DNA from: a candidate division WOR-3 bacterium
GTDB lineage: Bacteria; Hydrothermota; Tepidihabitantia; Tepidihabitantales; Tepidihabitantaceae
Assembly: GCA_965648935.1 (NCBI GenBank)
Contig: CBFGIY010000003.1
Location: 484 to 64,483, forward strand
Length of the DNA: 64,000 nt
Direction: 5' to 3'
Shown here: one piece after another, positions 19,720 through 30,067 of the stretch
Position numbering within the stretch: position 1 is the stretch's first letter
How the letters are laid out: the number at the start of each line of letters is the position of its first letter
Program-made: the position numbers and the translations under genes
The notes under the pieces: model-generated
Database searches by the model: none
Seen by the model: only the letters and a program-made list of their open reading frames with translations
Told to the model about the DNA's origin: nothing

Positions 19720-21543
19720 CTAGGCCTGCTCCCCGACATACTGCAGTTCGTACAGCTTCGCGTAGATTCCGGCGCGCGCGAGCAGGTCGTCGTGCGTGCC
19801 CTGCTCGGCAATGCGGCCCTTGTGCACGACCACGACCCGGTCGGCCATCCGTATGGTCGCAAGGCGGTGGGCGACGATGACCGCGGTCCGGCCCCTGAGC
19901 AGCTCTTCCAGGCCCTCCTGGATCAGCGCCTCGGTGCGCGGGTCGACCGACGAGGTGGCTTCGTCCAGTATGAGGATTTCGGGGTCGCGGACCAGGGCCC
20001 GGGCGAACGCGAGAAGCTGGCGCTCGCCCAGCGAGAAGTTGGCCCCGCCCTCGGTGAGCACCGTGTCGTAGCCCTTCTCGAAGCGCATTATCGCGTCGTG
20101 GACCCGACAGCGCCGCGCCGCCGCCATCACCGCCTCGGCCGGTATCGACTCGTCAAGCATGCGCAGGTTGTCCAGCACCGTTCCCGGGAACATCACGACC
20201 TCCTGCGGCACGAACCCGACCGCGCGGCGCAGTCGCTTGCGCCCGAGCGCGCCGATTTCGACCTCGTCGTAGAGGATGCGGCCCTGCTGGTGACGGTAGA
20301 ACTTCAACAGCAGGCTGACGATGGAGCTCTTGCCGCCGCCGGTCTCGCCGACCAGCGCGACCTTCTCGCCCTTGCGGATGACAAGGTCGATGTCCTTGAG
20401 GACGAAGTTCTCGCCGTCGTAAGCGAAGTCCACGTCCTCGATGCGGATGGCCTCTTTCAGCTCCAGCCCGCCCTCTTCGCTTTGGCTTCTGACTTCTGGC
20501 TTCTGGCGTTTGACTTCGCCGTCGAATTCCTCCGGCTCCTGGTCCAGTATCCCTATCGCCCGCTCGGCCGATGCGAACGCGCGCTGCATCATGTTGAGCT
20601 GGTCAGATATCATCCGCAGCGGGCCGAACAGCCGGGTGATGTAGGTGATGAAGAGCACGAGCGTGCCGAGCGTGATCTGGCCCTGCATCGCCCAGGCGCC
20701 GCCCAGCCCGAGCACCAGCCCGATGCCGACGATTTCGCCGAAGTCAACCAGGAACCAGACGATATTCCACAACCCGAACGCCCGCATCTCCTGGCCGTAC
20801 TTGACCCGGTTGAGCTCGTCCATCCGGCGGGCGATGCGCTCCTGCTGGCAGAAGACCTGGATGACCGGCAACCCGCGCAGGGCTTCACTGACGAGGTTGT
20901 TGATCTCGGCGGTCGTCCGCCGCACCGCGATGTAGAGCGGCCGCACGCGCGCGAGGATGAACCGGATGATGAGAACGAAGGGCGGCACGAGCGCCATCAC
21001 GATGAGGTACAGCCGCCAGTCGACCAGCGCCATTATCACGCTCATCCCGACCAGCATCAGCGCGCTCTGCAGCAGCGTCACCGTGGTCTGCGTGAACAGC
21101 ATCTTCAGCGACTCGGTGTCGCTCTCGACCCGCGACATCAGCTTGCCCGCCGGGGTGCCGTCGAAGAAGCGCATCGGCAGCCTGAGCACGTGGGCGAACA
21201 GCGCCTGCTTGAGGTTGGCCGCGCCCGCTTCGCCGACCCGCACGAGCCACACGCCTTGCAGGTACCCGGTGAAGATTATCACGGCCTGCGCCGCCAGGTA
21301 GACGAGCGAGGTCAGAGCCAGGCCCCGCAGATCGGCCTGTGGTATGTTGACGTCGATTGCGCGTTTGATGAGCACCGGGCCGAGCAGGCCCAGCCCGGTG
21401 CTGAGAATCAGCAGGCCGGACGCGGCGGCTATTCGGCCGAGGTAGGGCCGAAAAAAGGGCCACAGCCGCGCGACATAGGTCGAAGCCTTGCCGTGAAGCT
21501 TGCCCTCTTCTTCGCTTTCGAAATCGAAGCCGCCGTGAAACAT
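19720..21543 (-). CDS. ABC transporter ATP-binding/permease fusion (partner half-transporter)
   Basis: 607 aa. TMD plus NBD with GETGGGKSS and LSLGERQLLAFARAL motifs. Carries an in-frame K/P/Q-rich insertion (...KRQKPEVRSQSEEGG...) in the TMD-NBD linker. Confidence 0.9.
   Translation of the reverse strand: MFHGGFDFESEEEGKLHGKASTYVARLWPFFRPYLGRIAAASGLLILSTGLGLLGPVLIKRAIDVNIPQADLRGLALTSLVYLAAQAVIIFTGYLQGVWLVRVGEAGAANLKQALFAHVLRLPMRFFDGTPAGKLMSRVESDTESLKMLFTQTTVTLLQSALMLVGMSVIMALVDWRLYLIVMALVPPFVLIIRFILARVRPLYIAVRRTTAEINNLVSEALRGLPVIQVFCQQERIARRMDELNRVKYGQEMRAFGLWNIVWFLVDFGEIVGIGLVLGLGGAWAMQGQITLGTLVLFITYITRLFGPLRMISDQLNMMQRAFASAERAIGILDQEPEEFDGEVKRQKPEVRSQSEEGGLELKEAIRIEDVDFAYDGENFVLKDIDLVIRKGEKVALVGETGGGKSSIVSLLLKFYRHQQGRILYDEVEIGALGRKRLRRAVGFVPQEVVMFPGTVLDNLRMLDESIPAEAVMAAARRCRVHDAIMRFEKGYDTVLTEGGANFSLGERQLLAFARALVRDPEILILDEATSSVDPRTEALIQEGLEELLRGRTAVIVAHRLATIRMADRVVVVHKGRIAEQGTHDDLLARAGIYAKLYELQYVGEQA
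20478..20518. repeat. same repeat family, in frame within the ABC exporter (19720..21543)
   Basis: CGCTTTGGCTTCTGACTTCTGGCTTCTGGCGTTTGACTTCG. Encodes KRQKPEVRSQSEE on the minus strand. Confidence 0.6.
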
Positions 21544-21602
21544 AAGCCCCCATTATTGCCCGCGGCGGGCAATTGTAAAGACCCGGTGCTACTCGGACCC
21601 GG

Positions 21603-21878
21603 TCAGTTGTCCAGTCGCCAGCGCTTCAGTTCGGCGACCAGCGGCGCGGCCCGGCACTGCGCCTCGGCGCGGGGCAGACCCGCCGCGTCGGACCAGTAGC
21701 CGGCGATGATGTCGCACATCTCGTCGCGCGTCATCTCCGGCCGCGTGAACTCGCCGTCCTGGAAGCAGTAGATGCAGAAGTCGCGGCTCGGGCTGCCGTC
21801 GGCATTGGTGCCGGCGTTGCGGCCCTCGACCAGCGGCAGGCCGCAACTCTGGCAGAGCCGCCCGGTTTGCAGTTCCAC
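21603..21878 (-). CDS. putative zinc-ribbon domain protein
   Basis: AGGAGG RBS and GTG start at 21878 give a 92-aa protein with CQSCGLPL...CIYCFQDGEF, typical of the putative zinc ribbon (Zn_ribbon_2-like) family. The longer ORF-track start is Arg-rich junk. Confidence 0.55.
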   Translation of the reverse strand: MELQTGRLCQSCGLPLVEGRNAGTNADGSPSRDFCIYCFQDGEFTRPEMTRDEMCDIIAGYWSDAAGLPRAEAQCRAAPLVAELKRWRLDN

Positions 21879-21964
21879 GCAGCTACCTCCTGATTGTTGA
21901 GCGCCTGGCTGCAATATACGGCCCGGCCGGCCGGCTGTCAACCGGCAGGACCGCGAACCCGGGC

Positions 21965-22414
21965 TCAGTCCTCGGCCGGCTGGTCCCCGCCTGTGGCCAG
22001 CTCGTGCAGCCGGTCGCGGAACGCGACGTAGCGCACCAGCTCGCCCAGTTCGAAGACGATGTGCGGCCGGGTCAGGTAGTCCGCGCCCGCGGGCAGGGCC
22101 AGCCCGTCGGGCAGGCCGAGCCGGGGCGAGCCGTCGACCGTGAAATTGGCCAGAAAACCGTTATCTCCCAGCCGCTCGTAGGGATAGTACTGCACGCAGA
22201 ACCCCCGGGTCATGTCGTGGTAGAGCAGGTCAACATCGAGCAGCGACTCGTAGCGGCACTTGGGGCAGGAAAACACGTTGACCGTGCCGGCGAGCAGCTG
22301 CTTCTTCGCGTCCGGGTCGAGTGTCACGTTCATCGACCGCCACACCGTCGCCTGCGACTCGGCGCCGCACGCCGGGCACTTCGCCTCAACCTGTTCTCTC
22401 ACCGACACCATCAT
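21965..22414 (-). CDS. CpXC domain protein
   Basis: About 150 aa from an AGGAGGATGATG start. CPACG ... CPKCRY pairs characteristic of the CpXC family. The upstream 160 codons of the ORF-track ORF are junk. Confidence 0.6.
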   Translation of the reverse strand: MMVSVREQVEAKCPACGAESQATVWRSMNVTLDPDAKKQLLAGTVNVFSCPKCRYESLLDVDLLYHDMTRGFCVQYYPYERLGDNGFLANFTVDGSPRLGLPDGLALPAGADYLTRPHIVFELGELVRYVAFRDRLHELATGGDQPAED

Positions 22415-23706
22415 CCTCCTGTCTGGGCCCGCGGCCGCCGCCAGCGCAGCGCGAGCTTCGCGGTCAGTATCCGGTCGCTTGAGAAGATGCGCGCCGCGAG
22501 CGCGATGCACGCCGCGGCGAACAGCACCATGTAGCCGTACCCCGCAAAGACCATACCCCAGTTGCCAAAGAACACCGCCCTGGGCGTGAGGAACGGGTAC
22601 GAGAACGGTATCGCATAGAGCGCGACCCGCACCGGCAGCGACACGGTGTTGATGTCGAACAGCATCGAGAAGAAGTACGGCACCATCACCAGCATCATCA
22701 GCGGGGTCACCGTGACCTGCGCGCTCTTTGCGTCGTCGGCGAAGACCGCCAGCACCGTCGCGAGGGCCAGCGCGCACACGACCGCGAGGAACAGCGCCAC
22801 GCCGACCGCGACGTACGAGGTCAGGTTCAGCCCGATGCCCAGGCCCTGCATCATCGCGGCCGCGCCCCGGGCCTGCTGCGACAGGTCGCCGGTCCACGAG
22901 CCCATGTAGTATATCATCGCGACCATGAATATCCCGGCCACGACCAGCGCGACCAGCGAAGCCCCGAGCATCTTGCCGATGACGATGGCGACCCGGTTCA
23001 CCGGCACGGTCAGGAGCGTCTCCAGCGTCTTGTTTTCCTTCTCCTGACCGATCGAACCGGCGATCATCTGGCTCGAGTAGATGATTATCATCAACAGCAG
23101 AATGGGTATGAAGAAGGTCTGCGACACGACCACCGCCTCGATCGCGTCGGCGCTGCCCTCGGCGACCCGGCCCCGCATCATCACGTACTGGCGCGGCCGC
23201 AGCGGCTCTTTCAGGTCCACAGGGTCGCGCCCGGGAAAGGCCGCGCGCAGGTAGCCGTCGACCAGCCGCGCGTTCAGGCCGCTCACCAGCGCCCGCACCT
23301 TCAGGGCACGCATCTGCGAAAGCAGCGAGAAGCCGCGCAGCACGTTGTAGATGCCGATCTCGGCCGGCCGCATCAGCGCGACCGAATCGGCCAGTCCGGC
23401 CGGGATGACGATGACCCAGCTCGTGCCTCGCGTCTCGGCCGCGGAAAGCAGCTCATCAACCGTGCCCGAGGCGAACTCGGGCTCGAGCCCGGCACCGCGC
23501 AGGCCCGCGACTATGGTCGACGAGAGCTCGCTTGAGTCCGCGCCCGCGACGATGACCGCCTGGCCCCGGCTCGAGCGCTCGCGCTCGGAACGGATCGCCC
23601 GGCCGATCGCGAGAAAGAGCACCATCATCGCGACAAACGGCGCGAGCATCTGCGGGGTCAGAAGCTCCCGCGCCTCCTTCCAGACGATGTTGCCGACTGT
23701 CCTCAC
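22411..23706 (-). CDS. ABC-2 type transporter permease
   Basis: GTG start overlaps the stop of the upstream ATPase (GTGA). About 431 aa with a large N-terminal periplasmic loop and a C-terminal 5-6 helix ABC-2 membrane domain. Confidence 0.75.
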   Translation of the reverse strand: MRTVGNIVWKEARELLTPQMLAPFVAMMVLFLAIGRAIRSERERSSRGQAVIVAGADSSELSSTIVAGLRGAGLEPEFASGTVDELLSAAETRGTSWVIVIPAGLADSVALMRPAEIGIYNVLRGFSLLSQMRALKVRALVSGLNARLVDGYLRAAFPGRDPVDLKEPLRPRQYVMMRGRVAEGSADAIEAVVVSQTFFIPILLLMIIIYSSQMIAGSIGQEKENKTLETLLTVPVNRVAIVIGKMLGASLVALVVAGIFMVAMIYYMGSWTGDLSQQARGAAAMMQGLGIGLNLTSYVAVGVALFLAVVCALALATVLAVFADDAKSAQVTVTPLMMLVMVPYFFSMLFDINTVSLPVRVALYAIPFSYPFLTPRAVFFGNWGMVFAGYGYMVLFAAACIALAARIFSSDRILTAKLALRWRRPRAQTGG

Positions 23707-24434
23707 CGCGCCGCCGCCTTGAGAAAGACCTCCTCGAGGTTGCGCCCGCCGTGCCGCGCCTTGAGCTCCTCGGGCGTGCCGGTCTCGATTATCTCGCCGG
23801 AACGGATGAGCGCGACCCGGCCGGACAGGAACTCGACCTCGAGCATGTTGTGCGAGGAAAGCAGGACGGTCGTGCCCCCGGCCGCGAACTCCCGGATCCG
23901 GCCCCTGACCTCCATCGAGTTGCCCACGTCCAGGCCCGAGGTCGGCTCGTCGAGTATCGCCAGCTTCGGCCGCATCATCAGGGCCCGTGCCAGCAGGAGC
24001 TTGCGCGCCATCCCCTTGCTGTAGGTCTTCACCTTGTCCGCAAGCCGCGCCCCGAGCCCGGATATCTCCTGCCCGTGCGCGACCATCGCGTCGCGCTCGC
24101 GGCTGTCGCGGGTGTAGAACGTCGCCATGAACCTGAGATAGTCCAGCCCGGACAGGGTCTTGTACGCCCCGGCGTCCTCGGGCAGGTAGCTGATGAGCCG
24201 GCGCACCGCTTCCGGTTCGCGCGCGACATCGTGCCCGAGCACGGTCACGCTGCCCGCGGTCGGCTTGAGCAGGGTTGCGACGATGCGCAGTGTCGTGGTC
24301 TTGCCCGAGCCGTTCGGGCCGATGAGCCCGAATATCTCGCCCGGCCGGATGTCGAAGGAGATACCGCGCAGCGCGCGCAGCCCGCCGTAGTCGCGCACCA
24401 GTTCCCGGACAGCGCACGCGCTCATCGCCGCCAT
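23703..24434 (-). CDS. ABC transporter ATP-binding protein (ABC-2 family)
   Basis: GPNGSGKTT Walker A, LSGGMARKLLLARAL signature, ILDEPTSGLD Walker B. Start chosen at MAAMSA... to avoid overlap with the upstream gene. Confidence 0.8.
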   Translation of the reverse strand: MAAMSACAVRELVRDYGGLRALRGISFDIRPGEIFGLIGPNGSGKTTTLRIVATLLKPTAGSVTVLGHDVAREPEAVRRLISYLPEDAGAYKTLSGLDYLRFMATFYTRDSRERDAMVAHGQEISGLGARLADKVKTYSKGMARKLLLARALMMRPKLAILDEPTSGLDVGNSMEVRGRIREFAAGGTTVLLSSHNMLEVEFLSGRVALIRSGEIIETGTPEELKARHGGRNLEEVFLKAAAR

Positions 24435-24462
24435 TCTAGTCGCCCGTGCCCGGCGTGTAAAG

Positions 24463-25896
24463 TCAGCGCCGGACAAACCGCGCCGCGTCGGCGAAGTACA
24501 CGCCCGGCAGAAGCCCGCGCACGTCCAGCCGCACTACCCGGCCATCCGCGCTCTGCGGACAGGCCACGACCCGGCCCGCCGCATCGCGCACCGTGACCGG
24601 GCCGGCGCACTCTATTCTCACCCAGTCGCGCGCCGGGCTGGGACAGGCCACCAGCACGGGCTGTCCTCGGACAGGCTCGGCGCCGAGGCCCGCGCCGGCT
24701 GGCACGCCCAGCCGGTAGTACACATCGTGCTGGCCGCCGGGCGCACCCTGAAACGCTACGTGCAGCCTGCCCCAGCGGTCCGCGGCGATGCTCGGGTGGT
24801 CGACCGTACCCGAAGCGAAGGCGGTCAGCCTCTCGGCCGGGGACCACAGGCCGGCCGTGTCGCGCTCGGAGAACTGCACCTGGCTCGCGCTCGGACTGGC
24901 GTCGTCCGCAGCGCACCACGCCACGCTCACCTGGCCGGTCGCGCGCCACGCGACTGTCGGCCGCGCCTGGCTGTACTCCCCGCGCGGCTGGACTGTCGTG
25001 ACTATGCCCCACCCGCCCGGCGCGCGCCGGCAGTAGAAAACGCGCAGCCAAGCGCTGCCCTGCACCACGCCCTTCCAGACCGCATGCAACACGCCGGTTC
25101 CCGGCTCGACTGCCAGCGCCGGCTCCGACTGGGTCAGGTCATACCCGAGATTCGACACGCGCTCGACTGCGCCCCACACGCCGCTGACCCGCCGGATGCA
25201 GGCAATCTGGCTGCGTTCGGTAGCGAAGTCAGTGCCCGACCAGACCACGCTCACGGTGTTATCGCCGGCCACCGCGATTGCCGCCATCTCGCGGCTGGCG
25301 CGCGACTGAGTCAGCTGTGTCAGTCGGCCCCACCCGCTGTCCGGCCTGTGCTCGATGTGAAAGACTGCCTGCCCGATTCCGGTGTCAGGCGTGCCGTACC
25401 AGACGATGTGCACTTCCCGCCCGCCCGGCCGGCAGGCCACTGCCGGAAAAAGCCGGGTCCGTTCAAGCGACCCGGTCACCAGCAGCGTCTCCGGCTGCCA
25501 GCGGCCGGCCGCCGCATCGAATCGCTTGTACCAGATGCCGTAGTCGGGATGCGCGGCCGAATGCCACGCAAGGTGAACGTTTCCGGCCGCGTCGCAGGCT
25601 ACTGACGGCCGGGCGCAGTTCGCGGGACGGGCGGTCAGCGCTGTCTCGGGCAACCACCGACCCGCGGCCGCGTCGAACCGGCGGTGCCAGACCTGGGCCA
25701 GCGGAACACGGTCGTCCAGCCACGCGACGTGAACGTTGCGCTGAAGGTCGACCGCGATGCTGCGCTGGTGGCCCTGACCGAGAAGCTGGTTCGCGCCGTC
25801 GCCGGTCAGCCGCACCAGCGAGTCCCACTCGACCGGCAGGCCGCGCGCCGCGCAGGGCAGCAGCGCGGCCAGCAGCATCGCGCGCAGTGCGTTCAC
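24463..25896 (-). CDS. secreted repeat protein (BNR/sialidase-like repeats) with C-terminal T9SS-like domain
   Basis: 477 aa. Signal peptide MNALRAMLLAALLPCAA. Repeated ...HVAW... / ...SVVWSG... beta-propeller-like units. CTD ...VTVRDAAGRVV...GVYFADAARFVRR. Confidence 0.55.
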   Translation of the reverse strand: MNALRAMLLAALLPCAARGLPVEWDSLVRLTGDGANQLLGQGHQRSIAVDLQRNVHVAWLDDRVPLAQVWHRRFDAAAGRWLPETALTARPANCARPSVACDAAGNVHLAWHSAAHPDYGIWYKRFDAAAGRWQPETLLVTGSLERTRLFPAVACRPGGREVHIVWYGTPDTGIGQAVFHIEHRPDSGWGRLTQLTQSRASREMAAIAVAGDNTVSVVWSGTDFATERSQIACIRRVSGVWGAVERVSNLGYDLTQSEPALAVEPGTGVLHAVWKGVVQGSAWLRVFYCRRAPGGWGIVTTVQPRGEYSQARPTVAWRATGQVSVAWCAADDASPSASQVQFSERDTAGLWSPAERLTAFASGTVDHPSIAADRWGRLHVAFQGAPGGQHDVYYRLGVPAGAGLGAEPVRGQPVLVACPSPARDWVRIECAGPVTVRDAAGRVVACPQSADGRVVRLDVRGLLPGVYFADAARFVRR

Positions 25897-26003
25897 GGTT
25901 CAAGCTAGGCCGCTGTGCGGCCGCTGTCAACCCCGCCGTTGACTGCCCGGCCGCGGCGGCTAGTCTGTCTTCAAGTTACCCGGAAAGGAACCCGCCGCCA
26001 CCG

Positions 26004-26813
26004 ATGAGAACACGAGACCTGACCCTGCTCGCGCTGCTTGCCGCAGCTCTGATGCCCGGCCCGGCCTGCCGCCGGCAGGCTGCCGGCCCGGTCCGCGTGG
26101 TCGCCTCGACCGCCCTGATCGCGACCATCGTCAGCGCGGTCGGCGGCGAGGAGTTCAGCGTCAGGACCATCGCGCCGGCCGGGATGTGCCCGGGTCACTT
26201 CGACATCCGGCCCTCGGACGTGCTCGCGGCCAACGAAGCCCGGCTACTGCTCAACCACGGCTGGGAAGAATGGTTCCCGCGCCTCGAGCAGGCCATCGAC
26301 AACCTCAGGCTGCGCCGCGTGACCCTGCAGACCCGGGGCAACTGGATGATACCCGAGGTCCAGTCCCGGGCGGTCGACGAGATAACCGCCCAGCTCGTCG
26401 AACTCGTCCCGGCGCGCGCCGACAGCCTGCGCGCCGCGGCCGACCGCTACAAGGCGCGCATCGACTCCGCGGCCGCGGGCGTGCGCGCCGCCTTCGCCGA
26501 CAAGACCCTGCCGCCGGTTGTCGCGGCGCAGCAGCAGGCGCCCTTTCTTGAATGGATCGGGTTCCGCGTCGTCGCGGTCTACGGCCGGGCCGAGGACTTC
26601 ACGGCGGCCGAGCTCACCCGGCTGGCGCGCACCGCAATCGAGACCCGGGCCGCCATCGTTGTCGACAACCTGCAGTCCGGGCCCGACGCCGGGCGCACGC
26701 TGGCCGCCGAGCTCGGCATCGCCCACGTCACACTGACCAACTTCCCGCTCGAGGGCGACTACGTCAAGTCCCTGCTCGACAACGCCGCCGCCCTCGCCCG
26801 GGCACTGCCTTGA
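26004..26813 (+). CDS. metal (Zn/Mn) ABC transporter substrate-binding protein (ZnuA/TroA-like)
   Basis: 269 aa from the ATG at 26004 (GGAAAGGAA RBS). Signal peptide. Cluster-9 SBP-like sequence (GMCPGHFDIRPSD..). Confidence 0.75.
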   Translation: MRTRDLTLLALLAAALMPGPACRRQAAGPVRVVASTALIATIVSAVGGEEFSVRTIAPAGMCPGHFDIRPSDVLAANEARLLLNHGWEEWFPRLEQAIDNLRLRRVTLQTRGNWMIPEVQSRAVDEITAQLVELVPARADSLRAAADRYKARIDSAAAGVRAAFADKTLPPVVAAQQQAPFLEWIGFRVVAVYGRAEDFTAAELTRLARTAIETRAAIVVDNLQSGPDAGRTLAAELGIAHVTLTNFPLEGDYVKSLLDNAAALARALP

Positions 26814-27541
26814 GCTGCGCCGCCGAACTGCGCGACGTCACCGTTGCCTGGCGCGGCCACACCGCGCTCCGCGGCGTCTCGCTCGAGTTTCACCGCGGTG
26901 ACTTCGTCGGCATCATCGGCCCGAACGGCGCAGGCAAGACGACCCTGCTCTCGGTCATCAACGGGCTGGTGCCCGTGCGCTCCGGTGCGGTGCGCGTTCT
27001 CGGCGAAGCGCTCACCGGCGCCAACCTGCCCCGCCTGCGCCGGCGCATCGGCTACGTGCCCCAGCTCCAGCGCGTCGACCCGCGCGCCCCGCTGTCCTGC
27101 CGCGAGGCGGTCGCGATCGGCCGCTACGGCCGGGCCGGGCTGCTCTGCCGGCTGGGCGCGGCAGACCGCGCCGCGGTCGACCGCGCGCTCGAGCTGACCG
27201 GCATCGGCCGTCTCGCCGACAGGCCGGTCGGCCAGGTCTCGGGCGGCGAGGCCCAGAAGGTCGCCATCGCCCGTGCCCTGGCCCAGGAACCGGAAATCCT
27301 CCTGCTCGACGAGCCGACCGCCAGCCTCGACCGCAGCGCCGTGACCGAGATCACCGCGCTCGTCACCGCGGCCTGGCGCGACCTCAGGCTCACGGTCGCA
27401 CTCGTCACCCACCAGATCGAGCGGCTGCCCCAATCGTGCAACCGCGTCGTGATGGTCCGGGCCGGCCGGGTGCTCTTTGCCGGGCCGCGCGCCGCGGCGC
27501 TCGCGCCGCGGCTGGTCGAGGAGCTCTACGCCGATGCCTGA
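26811..27541 (+). CDS. metal ABC transporter ATP-binding protein (ZnuC-like)
   Basis: TTG start overlaps the SBP stop. GPNGAGKTTLL Walker A, VSGGEAQKVAIARAL, LLLDEPTASLD. Confidence 0.8.
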
Positions 27542-28364
27542 GCTGGCGTCCTTCGGCTTCATTTTGCGGCCGGTGCTCGCCGCGGTCCTGGGCGGCGCGC
27601 TCTGTGGCCTGGTCGGCGTCTGGGTGATAATGATGAACATCCCGTTCGTCGGCGTCGCCCTGTCCCACGCCGCGTTCGCGGGCGCGGTGTTCGGCCTGCT
27701 CGTTGGTGTCAACCCCCTGCTCGGCGCGGTCGGGTTCAGCCTGCTCGCCGCGCTGTTCATCGGCCCGGTCGCGGAGCGCGCCGACATCGAGCCCAGCGTG
27801 TCGCTCGGCATCATCTTTTCGCTCGTGCTCGGGCTGGCGTTTCTCGGCATCGGGTTCCTGCCCGGGCCGCGGACCGAGGCGCTGCGCTACATCTGGGGCT
27901 CAATCCTGCTGGTCAGCTGGCCCGACACCGCGCTGATGGCCGCGGTCGCGCTGCTCGTCGGCGCGTTCCTCGTGCTGTTCTTCAAGGAAGTGCAGGCCGT
28001 GCTCTTCAACCGCGAAATTGCCCGCGCGGTCGGCATCCCCGAGCGGCTGGTGTTCTTCGCGATGCTCGCGCTCTGCGGCCTCGCCGTGACCGCCAACCTC
28101 AACACCATCGGCGGCATCCTCGTCTTCAGCCTGATAATCAACCCGCCGTCCGCGGCCTACCAGCTCACCTGGCGGCTGCGCACGATGTTTGTTCTGTCGG
28201 CGCTGTTCGGGGTGGTGTCGTGCCTCGTCGGGCTGGCCGTGTCGTGGCTGACCGACGCGCCCTCGGGCGCGGTCATCATCATCACCTCCAGCGCGATCTT
28301 CGGCCTCGCGCTGGCCTTCTCGCCCAAGCGGCGCAGGCCGGGACGCGGCGCGGCCAGCGCCTGA
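27534..28364 (+). CDS. metal ABC transporter permease (ZnuB-like)
   Basis: About 276 aa, 8 predicted TM helices, ABC-3 family features. Start overlaps the ATPase stop. Confidence 0.8.
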   Translation: MPELASFGFILRPVLAAVLGGALCGLVGVWVIMMNIPFVGVALSHAAFAGAVFGLLVGVNPLLGAVGFSLLAALFIGPVAERADIEPSVSLGIIFSLVLGLAFLGIGFLPGPRTEALRYIWGSILLVSWPDTALMAAVALLVGAFLVLFFKEVQAVLFNREIARAVGIPERLVFFAMLALCGLAVTANLNTIGGILVFSLIINPPSAAYQLTWRLRTMFVLSALFGVVSCLVGLAVSWLTDAPSGAVIIITSSAIFGLALAFSPKRRRPGRGAASA

Positions 28365-28411
28365 CCTTCTGCGCCGCGCGCCTCAGGCGCTGCGCGCGGA
28401 AAGCCCGGCTT

Positions 28412-30067
28412 CTATCGCCCCGGGCACTGCCGCTCGACGTCCGCGGCGATGCCCTTGCCCGCGTAGGCCTTGTTGTACCTGGCGCAGAACTCCGCGGCGA
28501 GCGCCCGCGCCCGCGCGTCGAAAGCCGCCTTGTCGGACCAGGTGTTGCGCGGGTTGAGCACGGCCGGGTCGGCCACGCCCGGGCAGGACCGCGGCACAGG
28601 CAGGCGGAACACCGGGTCGGTCTCGCACTCGACCTCGTCGAGCCTGCCCTCGAGCACCGCCGTGACGATCCCGCGCGTGAGCGTGATATCCATCCTGCGG
28701 CCGACCCCGTAGGGCCCGCCGGTCCAGCCGGTGTTCACGAGAAAAACGCGCGTGCCGTGCCGGTCGAGCCTTTCCCCGAGCATGCGCGCGTAGACATCCG
28801 GGTTGCGCGGCATAAACGGCTGGCCGAAGAAGCGCGAGAACGTGCTCTTCGGCGTGACGATGCCGGTCTCGGTGCCGGCGAGCTTCGATGTGTAGCCCAT
28901 CAGGAACCACAGCATCGCCTGGTCGCGCGAGAGCCGCGCCACCGGCGGCAGCACGCCGTTGGCGTCGGCGGTCAGAAAGATGATGTAGCGCGGGTGCCCG
29001 GCGACCGACGAGGGCTTGATGTTGGGCAGAAACGACAGCGGGTACGACCCGCGCGAGTTGGGCGTGAACCGCTCGTCGTCAAGGTCGAACCGGCCGTCCG
29101 GGTAGACCATCGCGTTCTCGACGATGGCGCCGTGCTCGAGGAAGTCGGCCTCGTGGAAGCAGGCGTTGTAGATGTCCGGCTCCTTGGCCGGGTTGAGGTT
29201 GATGAGCTTGGCGTAACAGCCGTTCTCGAAGTTGGCCACGCCCGAGTCGCCCCACGAGTGCTCGTCGTCGCCCAGGAGCTTACGATGGGGGTCGGCCGAC
29301 AGCGTGGTCTTGCCCGTGCCGGACAGACCGAGCATCAGCGCGACATCGCCCTCTGGCCCCTCGTTGGCCGAGCAGTGCAGCGGCAGGATGCCCTCTGCCG
29401 GCAACAGGTAGTTCATAACCGTGAACATCAGCTTCTTGACGCTGCCGCAGTAGGCCGAGCCGTACACCACGCCCAGCCTGCGGTCGAAGTCCATCGCCAC
29501 GGCCATGTTCGATGCCCGGCCGGTCCTCGGGTCGGTGCGCAGCCGCCCCTCGTAGCGCGCCGGGTCAAGCTTGTCATAGGGCAGGACCAGCAGCGTGAAC
29601 GGCCGGTCGCGGAAGCGCGAACGGCTCATGTCTTCAGGCACCGGCCGGAACATGTTGTCGGTGAACAGCGCGGTGAGAGCCCGGTCGGTCACGGTGCGCA
29701 CCGGCAGGGCGTGCGTCGGGTCCGCGTCGAGCACGCGGTCGGTGACATACAGCCGCGGCTTGGCCGCAAGCGCCGCCAGCGCGTCCGCGAACAGCCGGTC
29801 AAAGGTGTCGGGCGCTATCGGCAGGTTGTTGGGCGAGTCCCAGTCGATGTCGCGCTCGGACTCGCTCCGCCGCACGATAACCGTATCCTGCGGGCTGCGC
29901 CCGGTCGACTCGGGCGGGGTCCAGGTCGCGAGGCAGCCGCAGGCCGCGACCACTGCCTCGCGCCGCTGCACCGATTCGAGAATGAGCTGCTGCCGGGACG
30001 GGTTCAGCCGGACTTCGCCGTGGCGCTGGAGCAGTTCGCCCAGCCGCGCAACCTCGTCGGCGCTCAT
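28412..30067 (-). CDS. pckA: phosphoenolpyruvate carboxykinase (ATP)
   Basis: 551 aa. LMLGLSGTGKTTLSADP kinase-1a motif and overall PEPCK-ATP architecture. Confidence 0.9.
   Translation of the reverse strand: MSADEVARLGELLQRHGEVRLNPSRQQLILESVQRREAVVAACGCLATWTPPESTGRSPQDTVIVRRSESERDIDWDSPNNLPIAPDTFDRLFADALAALAAKPRLYVTDRVLDADPTHALPVRTVTDRALTALFTDNMFRPVPEDMSRSRFRDRPFTLLVLPYDKLDPARYEGRLRTDPRTGRASNMAVAMDFDRRLGVVYGSAYCGSVKKLMFTVMNYLLPAEGILPLHCSANEGPEGDVALMLGLSGTGKTTLSADPHRKLLGDDEHSWGDSGVANFENGCYAKLINLNPAKEPDIYNACFHEADFLEHGAIVENAMVYPDGRFDLDDERFTPNSRGSYPLSFLPNIKPSSVAGHPRYIIFLTADANGVLPPVARLSRDQAMLWFLMGYTSKLAGTETGIVTPKSTFSRFFGQPFMPRNPDVYARMLGERLDRHGTRVFLVNTGWTGGPYGVGRRMDITLTRGIVTAVLEGRLDEVECETDPVFRLPVPRSCPGVADPAVLNPRNTWSDKAAFDARARALAAEFCARYNKAYAGKGIAADVERQCPGR

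Noticed and set aside
19696-21699. 667-aa + strand ORF over the ABC exporter gene
   Set aside because: Antisense to a gene with complete Walker A, signature and Walker B motifs. Low-complexity composition.
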